Shown here piece by piece: positions 38,577 through 51,283 of a stretch of DNA of 64,000 nt. Each line of letters opens with the position of its first letter. Within the stretch, counting starts at the first letter, position 1. The notes under the pieces are model-generated. The model searched no databases and was not told where the DNA came from. It saw only the letters and a list, made by a program, of their open reading frames with translations. Made by a program: the position numbers and the translations under genes. The DNA comes from Phaeosaccion multiseriatum (lineage: Eukaryota > Protista > Ochrophyta, other classes): NCBI GenBank assembly GCA_965112735.1, contig OZ218959.1, positions 1,550,001-1,614,000 on the forward strand, given 5' to 3'.

Positions 38577-40248
38577 ATGAGTAGCAGCAACAGTAGTATA
38601 GGTGATAGCAGCAGCAGTGGGACCACGGACCGCGCGGGCAGCGGCAGCAGCGTTGGAAGCAATAGCCCCGTGATCAGTCGCAGTAGTAGCGGAAATAGCA
38701 GCGGGTGCAGCAGCAGCAGCAGTGGCTGCAGTAGTGGGGAGGAAGAAGAGGAGAAGGAGGAGCGGGAAGAAGAGCAGGAGGGGAAGCAAGTCAAGGAGGA
38801 GCAAGACTTGAAGGAGGCGGAAAAGCAGCAACAGCAGGGGCAGCAGGCGCAGGACGATGGCAGGAAGGAGGGGGGCACGTCAGCGCGGGAGCAGATGGGC
38901 CCTGGGTTGGGCGGGGAGGCAGGAGGAGGGTCCGCCCAAGCCGCAGCCGCCGCAGCACCAAAACCATCACCACCACCAGCAGTAGTGTCAGATGCAGATG
39001 CCGCAACCACCGCCGCCGCAGTAGCTGCGCCATCAGCAGCAACCCCAAGTCAGCAGCAGCAGCAGTATACCTCGCTGCGGAAGGGCAAGTGGACGGCTGA
39101 GGAGGAGGAGTACACCGCGCTCATCATCCAGCACTTTAATATGGGCCTCCTCCGCCTGCCGGAGGGCACCACGCTGAGGGCCTTCCTGGCCGAGAAGCTC
39201 GGCTGCGACCCCATGCGGGTCACAAAAAAGTTTCGACGCAGTCAGTGCCTCGGCAAGCGCATCTACCACAATGTCCAGCGCTCCGAGCAGGAGCTGACTG
39301 CGGAGGAGCGCGCCGCGCAGGCCCAGCTTGAGGCCTCCGAGCGACGCTTCAAGGACCGCGTGTCCTCGCGCCGGTCCTCCTCCGTCGACGGCGGCGGCGG
39401 CAGCTCCTCCAGCGCCTCCGCCGCCTCCTCCTCCTCCTCCTCCTCCCTCTCCTCGTCGTCGGTCTACGCGATGGGAGGAAGGGGCGGCCACCATGGCCAC
39501 CCGCAGCACGACCAGCAGAGCAACCAGCAGCAAATACAGCAGATTCAGCAGCACCTGTACCAGCAGCAGCAGGAGCGCCAGCGCCAGCACCAACAGCAGC
39601 AGCAGCAGCAGCAGCAGCTCCTCCTGCTCCTCCAACAGCAGCAGCTGCAGCAGCAGCTGGCCCGGCACCTATCCCACCAGCCCCACTACGCGCACATGAT
39701 GGCGTACGGGCAACAGCTTTCGCCCGGGGGCCCGGCCGCGGGCAGCTTCGGCTTCAACCCGGCCTCCCCCTTCCCCTCCCACTTGCCCTACTCGGCGGCG
39801 GCGCCCCCCCACATGTCGCAAACGCCCCTACCGCCGCCCTCAGCGCCGCCACCGGCCGCGGCAGCTTCGCAGCAGCAGCAGCAGCAGCAGCAGCAAGTGG
39901 GGCAGCAGCAGCAGCAGCAGGTGGGGCAGCAGCAGCAGGTGGGGCAGCAGCAGCAGGTGGGGCAGCAGCAGCAGCAGCAGCAGCAGCAGCCGCACCACCA
40001 TCACCACCACCAACAGCACCTTGCGCCCCTTGCTCCGGCCCGAACAGCCTTGCCCCCCGGCTCTGCGTCGGCTGCCACCGTGGCCGCGGCGTACGCCGGC
40101 TCGCCGCAGTTCTACCAGCTGTACCATCAGCAGCAAGGACGACAACAACAGCAGGTTCAGCAGCAGCAGCAGCAGCAGCACCGACACGGGCACCAGAGCC
40201 ACCACCCGTCACAGCTGCACCAACCCCACCACCCCAGTCACACTCATT

Positions 40249-40282
<34 letters not shown>

Positions 40283-40540
40283 GCCCCACTATCCCCTCAA
40301 TGCCCTGGGGGAGGGGGCGCAAGCGATTTACCAGCAAAAGCTGCACCTACTGCAGAAGCAAACCGAGCGAGAGCACCAAGAGCGGCTGCTGCAGCAGCAA
40401 GAGCAAAAGCTGGAGGCGCAAAAGGAGCAGCAGCACCAGCAGCAGCAGCAACACCAACACCAAGAGGACGCGCAGGAGCACAAGCGCAGGATCCCGAGGG
40501 TGCTGGCTCAACTACCCCCCCCGGCACAGCCACAAAAGCA

Positions 40541-40571
<31 letters not shown>

Positions 40572-41497
40572 GAGGTGGGCGCCGCGGCTGGCGCAGTACC
40601 GCAGGACGACGACGGCTGCTTGTTCAAGGGCTTCATCGACAAGCTCCGCCGCTCGGCGCCAGAAAGTCCGGGTGCCGCCCATGCAGCGGCCGGTAGCAGC
40701 GCTGACGGCAGCAGCAGCACTAGTGGCAGCAGCAGCAGCAGCAGCAGCAGCGGCGGCGGCGGCGGCGGCATCGCCGGCAGCAGCAGCGGCAGCAGCCTCG
40801 GCAGCAGCGTGGGCACGGCGGGGACGGTCGAGAACGACGGCAGCAGGACTGGCAGGGTCCGTAGCGGCTGTGGAGGCAGCGCGGGCACGGGCGGCTCGGA
40901 GGGAGACAGCGAGGGAGGGGGCAGCAATGAAGACTACTCCGAGGAGGACAGCTTGATGGGCGACAGCTTCCCTGCTGGCACGCACCCCTCTGCGGGCTTG
41001 CGTAAGGCGAATAGGCAGCGAGGCGCCTCGAATGCCGCATATCGCTCCGCGTCCACCGACGGGGAAACGTCCAGCCAAGCGTCCTTCTCGTGTGCGCTGG
41101 AAACGTCCAGCCAAGCATCCTTCTCGTGTTGGGGCGACCCGGCGAGCGGGAGCAACCCTGACGAGTCGCGAAGGCGCGGCAACAGCAACAGCAGCAGCAG
41201 CGGGGGTGGTAGCAGCAGCGGTGGCAGCACCAATGGTAGCACCAGCGGTAGTGGCGGCAGGAGTAGCCGCAGCAGCAGCGGGGGCTGTACCAGCAGCGGT
41301 GGTAGCACCAATGGTAGCACCAGCGGTAATAGCAGCGGCAGTGGTGGCAGGAACAGCCGCAGCAGGCGAGAGGGGGGCAAGAAGAGGAAGCTGTCCGAGG
41401 CAGGAAGCGGCGCAGACACAGACGTTCCCATCAACAAGAAGCAGCAGCAGCACTACAACGACCACAACACCACCATCAATACCACTACCACCACCAC

Positions 41498-41528
<31 letters not shown>

Positions 41529-41747
41529 GACGACGACGGCAACACCACCACCACCACCGCCCCCACCACATCAGAGTCCGACAGCTCCCAGTCCTCCCCT
41601 CGGAATGCCGGTGGGGTGCTGGAGCAGGCGGCTGCCCGGAAAGAAAGAGAGCACGCGGGCGGTGGCGGCGGGGAACTCGCGCGGGACGACATTGGCGCCA
41701 TGGAGAGCCCCGCTGCGGCGAGTTGCTTTGCGACGGGAGTGGCGTGA
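38577..41747 (+). CDS. Intronless Q/S/H-rich protein with a Myb-like 'LRKGKWT..CDPMR' domain of the type seen in stramenopiles; putative transcription factor
   Basis: Uninterrupted ORF from ATG 38577; LRKGKWTAEEEEYTALIIQHFNMGLLRLPEGTTLRAFLAEKLGCDPMRVTKKF; NLS-like GKKRK; poly-Q tracts. Confidence 0.8.
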
Positions 41748-41850
41748 CTGAGGTGCGCTCGCTTTCCGGCTGTCATGTAATTACGTAATTACACATGTTA
41801 TTGCTTTTTTTATAAATTAAATAGAGTCATGAGAAACAAAGGAAGAAGGA

Positions 41851-41943
41851 GGTTTCTGAGGCGACCCTGCTTCCTGCTTCTGGCCGGTGCCAGCCGGCCT
41901 GCTTCCTGCTTCTGGGCTGGCCTGTCTCAGAAGCATGTCAGGG
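41851..41943. mobile_element. MITE-like repeat copy, homologous to 36233-36415
   Basis: TTCTGAGGCGACCC...CCTGCTTCTGGGCTGGCCTGTCTCAGAAGCATGTCAGGG. Confidence 0.5.
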
Positions 41944-42127
41944 ACCGAAAGGGTTCTTGTCGTAAAGGAGAACCCTTGGAGGAGGAAGAACCACTTGGAG
42001 GAAGGGACGGAAGAAGGAGAGATTTCCTCCTCAATTGAATTGACTATGTCAATTAATTGACTTGACATACAAGGGCCGGGCGCTTCCTTTCTTCTCTTCT
42101 TCCTCTTTCCTTCCTTTCTTTTGTGTG

Positions 42128-42849
42128 ATGCGCCGCTGCCTGCTCGCCTTGATCTGCTGCGGCTGCAGTGCTCGTACCTCGGGCTTCCATCTCGCAGCGA
42201 GCCCCCCGAGCAGCCGCGGAGTTAGCCTGAAAACAGGCCTTCACGCATCCTCTGCCCTTGCTCCAAGCAGTGCTGCAGAGCGACCTGTGACTTGGTGCAG
42301 CTCTGGCGAAGACCTTGTCCAGGTGGACAAGGATGTTTGGGTCATAGAAAGGTCAGGGGCGTGTCCTCAATTGCTCCGGCCCTTGTACCTCTCCTGACTC
42401 GACTTTGCCACCCTTTGCCTCTATAGGCCCTTCATGTGGAACGGAATTAACGTGGGCGGGAGGAGTACCGTGATTCGCCTTCCTGACAAGGATGGATCCC
42501 TGTGGATCCACTCTCCTCTGCAGCTGGATGCTCAGCTTCGTGATGCTCTGGCTGAGCTGGGGCCAGTCCGGATGATCGTGTCCCCAAACTATGAACACGT
42601 CAAGTGAGTTCCTGGCAAGTGCTACAGCAGCCAAGCAAGTAAGGGGTGGAGCGGGTGGGCAGGTGGGTGCCCGTGGGTGTCACCCTCTTCCGGAGGTGGA
42701 GCACCAACACGTCCCGTGCAATTCTTTGACCTATTGTAAAGTAGGCGGCCACTTTGCGCCATGGTACTGTATACTCACCGCTGACGTCGCTTCAACCCAG
42801 CCCGCCCATCTCGTGAAACTGCACTGCGTGACGGATGGAAGAACTCACA

Positions 42850-42934
<85 letters not shown>

Positions 42935-43734
42935 ACAGGTACGCCCAAGACTGGATCGATGCCTTCCCGGACGCAAAGTCGTATGGATGCCCAGGAATGG
43001 TCGAGAAGGAGAAGGACATTGCGTTCGATGGGACCGTGGGGGAGGGGCAGGCCGTGCCGGAGGGGTGGCCAGAGGCCATTTCCGTTTGCCACGTGGACTG
43101 CGAAAGAGTGCCAATCTTGAATACGCCCTTCTTCAGCGAGGTCATCTTCTTTCACCGTCCTACTTCGAGCCTCATCACATCAGGTACACAGACAGAGAAA
43201 GAGAGAGATGCAAGGTTGGAACAGATAGATAGAGAGAGAGAGAGAAGTCGGAGGAGAGAGAAGAGAGAGAGACCCTCCGCTTGCTCTCGGGACACAAGAT
43301 TTTCGCTCGGGCGTATTGACTTTACCCTCCTCTCTCCTCCTCCTCCTGCTGCTGCAGATTTCTACTGGAATTACCCGTCCAACAACCCTTTGATGACTCC
43401 GCAGGACCGCTTCTGGAAGTTTGCCATGGATAGAATCTACCTTCCCTTTTACCGCACATTTATGGTGAGAGCTTCGCCGGTGTCAGGTCACCGATGGAGA
43501 GAAAGCGAGGTTGCTAGAGAGAGGAGGGCATTCTCTTACGCACCCACCCACCCACACTCTGCCCCCGCGTCTTACGCCGCTCAGATCAAGGGAAAGTACG
43601 ACCTGGACAAGGTCATGAACACCGTCTCTGCATGGGGGCCTCAGAGGTTAATACCCTGCCATGGCGATGTTCTCACCGCGCAACCGATCAAGGCGCTGTT
43701 TAATCATGTGATTAAGGGCAGGCCCACGCAGTAG
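42128..43734 (+). CDS. DUF4336 (metallo-beta-lactamase-like) protein, probably plastid-targeted
   Basis: Five exons; signal peptide + SGF; GGRSTVIRL..LWIHSP..LGPVRMIVSPNYEH; EVIFFHRPTSSLI; LIPCHGD. Confidence 0.88.
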
Positions 43735-44750
43735 TAAAGTCAACAAGCAAAAGATGGTTTGGGGTGGGGGCTGTCAAGGTCAAGGAGACCACTCGGGCCA
43801 GGCCACAACAAATGGCGGGGAGAAGCCGAGAAGCACCAAACGTGTCAGGCCTTCCCGTCTACGGTGCCGCCACTGCCGTAGATACGAACTCTGTGCTTGG
43901 TGAGCTAGGGAAAGCAAAGATGCGCTTCATTCGCCGCAAGCTGACTTCGGGGGACTGTTGGGGCAGCAGAATTCGGCAGCAGCACTAGGTTCTTGGCAGC
44001 AAGCAAGCTCTTGTTCGATCGAGTACACGTTACGTTGACCACGTCACACTCCGTAATGACCGTACACGTACCAACTCTGTCAAAAATGTCTACGGTGCTT
44101 TTGTGACTGCGGCCCCAGCCCACTTGGGTGGGGTATAAAGGTTCGAGAGCCAAAGTGAATACCGGAAGAGCATGCATGTGCTCTCTCCCTCTCACACCCC
44201 ACGCCTCTCCACCAATGGCTCTGAGCAGAGGTAAAGCCAAGGGGAGCGGCAGCCACGTTTGTCGCCCCCCTAAGCATCGACAACTTAGGAACCGCAGTCA
44301 GTTCTCAGCTTTAGTTCTCACGCGCTGAAGGTGCTCGAGTACACGACTACCGCAGCAGCTGAGTCACGGTCGAGCAGCATGCGCGGTCTCTTTCTTGAAT
44401 CAATCAATCAATCAATCAATCAACCAACCGATCAACCAATCAAGGACCACAGCACGCACAAACAAGTCTCCACCCTACAAAGGTGTCTGGGAAAGGTCGA
44501 GAGTGGAGGTCTCTGCGAGCTGGTAAGACGTGCAGGGACTGCCCTCGCCCTCTGCTCTCTACCCGTCAAGCAGGTCAGATCGGATGCACTCTCCTCGCCG
44601 TCCCTTAAAAAAGGTAGACTGATGGACTTTCCTTCGCCCTGTGGGGTCTGTGCCTCCTCGAGCTGGCAAGACTGTTGGACATTCCTCGCCCTCTACACTG
44701 TGCCCCTCATCAGACGGATGGACTCTGCCCCTCTGCCCTCTGTGGCCTGT

Positions 44751-45255
44751 GCCTCCTCGAGCTGGTGAGACTGATGGACTCTCGCCCCTGTGCCTCCTCG
44801 AGCTGGTGAGACTGATGGACTCTCGCCCTCTGTGCCTCCTCGAGCTGGTGAGACTGATGGACTCTCGCCCTCTGCGCCTCCTCGAGTTGGTGAGACTGAT
44901 GGACTCTCGCCCTCTGTGCCTCCTCGAGCTGGTGAGACTGATGGACTCTCGCCCTCTGTGTCTCCTCGAGCTGGTGAGACTGATGGACTCTCGCCCTCTG
45001 TGTCTCCTCGAGCTGGTGAGACTGATGGACTCTCGCCCTCTGTGTCTCCTCGAGCTGGTGAGACTGATGGACTCTCGCCCTCTGTGCCTCCTCGAGCTGG
45101 TGAGACTGATGGACTCTCGCCCTCTGTGTCTCCTCGAGCTGGTGAGACTGATGGACTCTCGCCCTCTGTGTCTCCTCGAGCTGGTGAGACTGATGGACTC
45201 TCGCCCTCTGTGCCTCCTCGAGCTGGTGAGACTGATGGATTCTCGCCCTCTCTGC
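44751..45255. repeat. 42-bp minisatellite, about 12 near-identical copies, with degenerate copies back to ~44510
   Basis: Unit GCCTCCTCGAGCTGGTGAGACTGATGGACTCTCGCCCTCTGT. Confidence 0.95.
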
Positions 45256-45441
45256 CCTGTGCCCCTCGAATCGGAAAGACTGGTGGACTCCCCGCTGTCC
45301 TCTGCCCCCTGCTCGCCCCATATCCCCCATGTGCCTGCTTGTTCCCTCGCTGCCCTCCCCCTTTAGGTGTCCGCTGCAGAGCAAGGAAGGTGCCATCTGC
45401 CATCAAATCATGTACCGTGTGCCGTTGGTTTCCCCCCTCAA

Positions 45442-46795
45442 TCACGTCAAGTGTTGAGAGGAGGAGTGGGCGTGGATGAGCTGCGAGCCTGCTCCCTCTC
45501 CAACTCTCCTCCGTAAGCGACCCGAAGGCACAAGCGGAGGGGGGGAATGGAACGCGTGCGTGTTGTGCTGCAGTGAGAGCGACCGGCTGCTGTGCTGCGG
45601 CAGGGTCGCTCCTCCCATCCGAATGGCGTCAGTCACGGCTCTCTCCAGCGCGGAGGTGTCTGTGGCTGCACCGGCACCACACCCCCCTCCTCCGGGACCT
45701 CCTCGACGGACGGCAGTACGACGCGACAAGTCTGATAAGGACCTTGCAAGAGTGTCCCCACCGCCCGTAGCTCGGAGCATACTTGTCGTCGTCGTCGTCG
45801 TTGTCGCCCCCCCCTTCTTGCCCACCACTGTGGCGCCAGTCTGCCCGAGCAGCAGCCGTTGGTTGCCCTTGGAGCCAGCTCCGGGGTTGACATTGTTGGC
45901 CCAGAGGATTTTCCGCATTTGGGCCGCCTCTCCCTCCAGCTGCCCGTGCCGGATCTTCCACTGGTTTAGCTCATTGTCCTTCATCATGCAGCGCTTCCTC
46001 AGCGCCACAATCTCCCCCTCCAAGGTGCACGTGTTGGCCAAGAAGCAAGACACCTCATTCTCACCGCTTCGGGCAATCCGCTGGGCCGCCGAAGCTTTGG
46101 ATCGCAAAGCGGCGTTTTCGGACTCCAAGGCCTTCACGACTCTTGTCTGCTCCGCCGCCAGGTGCTGCGCCTCCGACAGACTTGCTTGGACAGCCCCCTC
46201 GCTCTTCTCCCTCGCCTCACTTACGAACATCTAGGAGGTACAATACAGAACAAGAATGATAACGGCAGGGACAGGAAGGAGAAGGAACATTATATACAAG
46301 GAGTGAGAAAAAACACTCAAAGTACCAGTAGCCTGTGTCCTCTGAATCAGTGATGAACGAACATACCTCCCTCAGCCGGCTCTCTTTCTGCAGCTTGAGC
46401 GCGTCCAACGTGTCCGTTAGGCTCGTCTCCGTGCTCTTCAGACGGTCTCGAAGAAAGGCCACTTCCTCTCGAAGCTTCTTTTCCTCAACGTCCAGATCTG
46501 CAAAGGCTTTATTCGCTTCCCGTCGCTCATCCTTCAGCTCAACCAATAGAGTCTTGTTAAACCCCACCTGCTGCTTCAGTCGAGGCAACAGGTAGTCCAC
46601 GAGGGGCCTGCCGTCAAACCAACGACCGTCCCAGATCTTCGCCTTGTGCGCATTCTCAATCCCACTGCCTGCGAGCAGCTGCAGCAGGCCTGCCTCATCT
46701 TTGTCTACATCTCTGCTCTGGCCTGGAACCTTCAGTCGCTCTACAGTATTGTCCTCCAGGTACACAAGGAGGTCCAACACGGTCTCGCCCGACAT
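45442..46795 (-). CDS. Hypothetical coiled-coil protein, two exons
   Basis: ORFs 46217-46915 and 45442-46230 join in frame through a GT-AG intron at ~46365-46231 (RLRE|MFVSEAREK); heptad-rich sequence. Confidence 0.7.
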
Positions 46796-47006
46796 GGACG
46801 CCAACCACACGACTCCACGGTGTAGAACGATGAACGCATTCACGCAGCCAGGCCTGCCTCTTCGTTCCTCCTGAGCCTGCCTTGCATTGTTTTGTGCGTT
46901 GTCCGTCCGAGTCAAACCAGTTCAACAGTTGGCGACGATCTCGTTACAGAAACAGTCGTTGGAGGAAGGCTAAAGCGCACACCACCGCCTGGGTGGAGGA
47001 GTGGCC

Positions 47007-48629
47007 ATGGAAAGACAAGAGAAGGCAGCTGCCCTGAGGACTGCAACCTTGAAGGCGAGTGAGAAGCAAGAAGAGGGCAGGGAGGACGGGAGGATAAGAC
47101 CGGCGACTATGTTCTTGAGTCCAAGGGGAAAGGGGTTGACGGTATGCTACTCGATCTAACGTTAATTTGGGCGACTTTCTCCTAGGCGAAGAGGGAGAGC
47201 TGTTTCAGTTATTTCTCGCATCATTCTAATTCCCCCTATGCGTGTCCTTTCTTCATGCCAACAACAGCAAGACTTGAGGAACAAAATCGACCACAGACAG
47301 CAGCTGCTGAGCGTTGAGATTCGAGGGAGGGAGGCCCTCAGCAATGAGCACGTGGACATTATTCAAAAGATTGCCGCTCGAGATGCTCTCATTCGGCAGC
47401 AGCAGGAGGGCCACGAAAGCACTCTGGAAGAGATCAAAGGCAGCTTTGCCTTCACCCTTCAGCACCTGACCGTAGAGACGGCCAAGCTAAAACGCCGCAC
47501 AGTCGAACTCGAGCAGCTCATGGGCACGATGGACGACATCAAGGAGGTGCATGCCAACCTAAAGAAGCGGCTGGCGGCCCTCCGGCTCGAGGCGGTGGAG
47601 GAGAGGGGGCGGTGCGAGGAGGAGACGGAGGAGCTGAACAGGGGCCTCTTCCGGAAGCGGACAGACATGCAAAAGGTGTTTCGCAAGTCGCTGACGCTTC
47701 AGCACGATGAGTACCAGCGCAAGGCCATCGACGAGATGGTGCAGAAGGCCAAGGCCTCGTCCGAGGAGATTACGGACCTGGAGAAGGAGCTGCGCAAGAA
47801 CAACTTGGCGGTGGGTGTGGCCATCGCAGGCCACGAGACGTGCGTCAAGGCCCTGACGCTCAAGAGACTCAACAAAGACGTGACCGTCATGAATATTCGC
47901 CTGCAAGCGGCGCGCATCGCAGAGATGAAGACGGAGCAGAAGCGGATGCAAGCCGCCCTGGAGACGGAGAGAGAGAAGCGGCACGGGCTGGAGGTTGCCA
48001 CGGTGATGTTACGAAGGAATACGGAAGGTCTACTACGGTACGACAAGGAGCTTCGCACCGTTAGTCAAGAGTATGAGAAGGCCAGAGACGAGGTGGTTCA
48101 ACAGCGATACGAGGCCCTCAACGTGGCCCGGCAAGGACCACGTGCCATTGTGGACAATGCGCTGGCCAAGAAGAAGCTCAAGATAGCTGCCGAGAGACCA
48201 CGACAAGAGAGAGCATCGGGTCGTGCTGCTCCTGCTGCTCCTGCTGCTCCTGCTGCTCCTGCTCAAGCGCTTGCTCGGTCGAATGGAAGGAAGGAGGACA
48301 AGGATGAGGAGGAGGCGGAGGAGGGACAGGAGGTCGACGACTCCGATCTGGTATGGCGCGCAAGCTGCAGTGCGCTGGGCAGAGCATGCAAGAAGCAGGC
48401 GCCAGTCGAGCACCGCGAGGGTGCCGAGGAGGAAGACGACACGGGAATTATCTCCTCCCCACTCATTCCGACGACGCAGACGGCAATGGACGAATCGGTA
48501 CTGCAACAGCAGCGGCAGCAGCAGAAGCAAACACCTCCTCCCTCTCCCCCTCACATGGCCTTGCCTGATCTTCCTTACTCCTTCACGAAGCTGGGAAGGA
48601 GAGTAAATGACGAGGACCAGGCGGGATGA
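47007..48629 (+). CDS. Coiled-coil protein, possibly CFAP157/BBOF1 (DUF4515)-like
   Basis: Exon 47007-47054, GC-AG intron, exon 47268-48629 in frame; long coiled coil. The family assignment is only a weak resemblance. Confidence 0.6.
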
Positions 48630-50455
48630 GGCAAGACAAGGCAAGACAGGCCAAAGAAGGGCGCTCTACCTCGGTGGAACGGTGGGTAGGGGCGCATCCC
48701 CAACCTTCTGCAGTCTCGATCCTGTCCTCTTCTCGATTGGATCATTCAGAAGGCGGGCCCGCGATGAGCTCTCATATGCCCTGGCTGGCTGGTTGGGGCC
48801 ATTCTTCATTGCTGCCGAGCGACAAGCGCTCCATCGTGACAAGGAAGAGCAAGTCCACCCCACTCTCCAGGAGGGCGGGGCGCAGGGCTCAATCCGGACA
48901 TTACCTTTGTCCCACGGCGGGGTCATTCGAGTGTACGCGCTCTCTCTCTCTCTCGCACAGCAAGGAGGAGGAGAGGACGGACTCACTCATAGAAACACGG
49001 CGGCTGACGCCCCCCCCCCCCACGCGTGTTCTTCGAATGGAGGCGAGCGATGATGACATGCATCGTCGCGGAGACCTCCTGCACCTATCTACGTGATGGC
49101 TCGACCCTCACATGCCTCGAAGGGGAGAGGGAGGGGTGCGTTTAGCTTCACCCGCTTGACTTCTGCCACCAATGCTGAGCTGGCTGGACGAGTGGGCAGG
49201 CGGCACCACAGAAAGAGGCACGACGAGGGTAATGAGGTTAAGGGACGTCTCCCTCTCTTCTCTTCCGCTCCCTCTCCATCTGTATCTCGATGTAGATATT
49301 CCTCTCCCATCTCCAGACCACTGGACAAAGGGAGCGAGAGGAAGTGAAAGAGGACAAGCACCCCTACCCAAAGAATGGCGGAAAGCGGGAAAGGAACGCA
49401 GGAGGGAGCGATTACAATTTGTTGGTGGAGAGTACCATTCGCGCGTTGTGAGCAAGAGGAGAAGGATGAGCGAGAGACGGGCAGACACTGATGTGTGTGT
49501 TGTAAAACCACTCAATGTTCGAGGCGTCCCTGGTAATGAATAAAGAGAAGAGGAGGCAGTAGCAGCAGCCTTGCTGATTCTCTCCACTCTGCCTACAAGC
49601 CTGTGTCTCCAAATCCTGGTTTGTTTTGTTTTTTGTGAGTACAAAGTCAGCAAGGTGCGCTGGCGAAGCCAACACCGTCCATCTAGCAGTCAAAACCCTA
49701 AGCATTGAAGCCAAGTCTGGTACTAGTAGAGAAGAAGTGATGTGCCAGTTCGGCCTTGGGATGATCAGATTCCAAGGGCCCGCTCGCTCCGTCCACGGCT
49801 CTACCGCCGTGCATTGGCGCACCCTTTGCTCGCCTTGTATCCAGCAGTATAACTTGGCTTGCCGCCACAGTGAGGTATAGGTCCTTGTCCGAGTGAAGCT
49901 TGGGGTCCTGTGCTCTCTTGTCCGGTCTCGGCTGCCTCTCTGTTGTCTCTTTGCGCTCTGCTCTACTCCTCCCGTCGGAGCTGAGGGGGCGGGGAATAGA
50001 CATGAGTACCAGATGTCGGTCAATGACTTTTGCGCACCGAGCCGCTGTTGACTCGTTGAGGCAGCACAGGGGAGAAGAAGCTCGGCTTTCTGTTCGCCGT
50101 GCAGACAGTCCTTTAACCCCCGTCTTCGCTCGAGGAAAAGGCTCCCATTCTCCTCTGCTGCGGAGGCGGCGGCTGCTGCTTCTTCTGCTGTTGATCCTGT
50201 TGCAAGGGTGGTGTCCCGCTGGTGCTCGAGGGCGAAGCCCCTTTCTGATGCAAGCACAAATGGGCACAGGCACCGCCACCGTGTCAAGTGTCTAACCCTC
50301 CGTCACACTGACTTTGTGGATCGTGACGGTTTAGGGAGGGTCCGTCCGCCCGACGTATGGCAGCAGCCCTCGCCGGATTGCATCTCAGCCATGTTGGATA
50401 CTTTGTTTGGTGCCGTCGTGCCTTACGATTAAGACCACCGCTCGGGATCAGTCCA

Positions 50456-51142
50456 TCACCCCAGATCCATTCGATTGATGAGGCGGATGAGAACTATCGC
50501 GGCATGGCCCAGGAGACACAAGCCGCCGAGCAGGCTGAAGACCCCCAAATCCTCCAAGTTCGTCCTCTTAGCCGCCGCGAGGGAGGCTGGGTCTCCATAG
50601 TATAGCTTGGCGCTCTCGGTTAAGGCATCCGTCTCCCAGCCCGCTACTGCCCGACCCTCTAGACGGCCCTGGGGCGAGCGGGCAAAGCAGATGGTGGAGA
50701 GGATGACCAACAAAGATCCAATGATACCGTGCACGGAAACGTCCAGGATGTCCAGGGTCATGGGGTTTTGTTTCGTCGTGGTCAGGGCAATACCCATCGG
50801 TGCGCAAAGAAGGCAGCACAGGGAAATTAAGGGCACCGTGCCGAGAGCTGCCCACGAGGGAACGGCAGGATCTTCCCCCCTATTGCAAATGCCATTCACG
50901 GCACACAGCCTCACGAAGCCAATCGTGCCCAGGATGAAGCAGCACACGTCGAGCCAAAGAGCCAGTGACTGAAGAGTGTGCTCTGTGCCTTTCTTCTCCC
51001 CTCGCAGGTCCTCCCACCCACCGAGTTGTTGTTGCTGTTCCTGTCGTCCACCTTCCGCTGCTGCAGCCCCCGGTCCGGTCCCCCCACCCTGGGCGCCGAC
51101 AGCAGCGCCTTCGCTTCTCGTGGCCCGGGCTGCGTGCATCAT
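50456..51142 (-). CDS. Intronless ~4-TM membrane protein with tetraspanin-like topology
   Basis: ORF from MM at 51142; three N-proximal hydrophobic segments, a loop, then a C-terminal TM. Confidence 0.55.
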   Translation of the reverse strand: MMHAARATRSEGAAVGAQGGGTGPGAAAAEGGRQEQQQQLGGWEDLRGEKKGTEHTLQSLALWLDVCCFILGTIGFVRLCAVNGICNRGEDPAVPSWAALGTVPLISLCCLLCAPMGIALTTTKQNPMTLDILDVSVHGIIGSLLVILSTICFARSPQGRLEGRAVAGWETDALTESAKLYYGDPASLAAAKRTNLEDLGVFSLLGGLCLLGHAAIVLIRLINRMDLG

Positions 51143-51283
51143 CTCAGAGCCCAATTGTTGTAGAGGGCGGGAGGGTAACGGAAAGGGAGAAGTCAACGAA
51201 GAATGGAATTGAAACTCACACTGTCCAACGCCCACTCTCTTGCTCTCTGCCCCCGCTCTCTCAGAGCTAACCCTTTTCTCCCA

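Noticed and set aside
43905-44240. Short minus-strand ORF as a gene
   Set aside because: No recognisable domain or convincing splice partners
44751-45255. CRISPR array
   Set aside because: Head-to-tail units with no unique spacers; eukaryotic context with no cas genes
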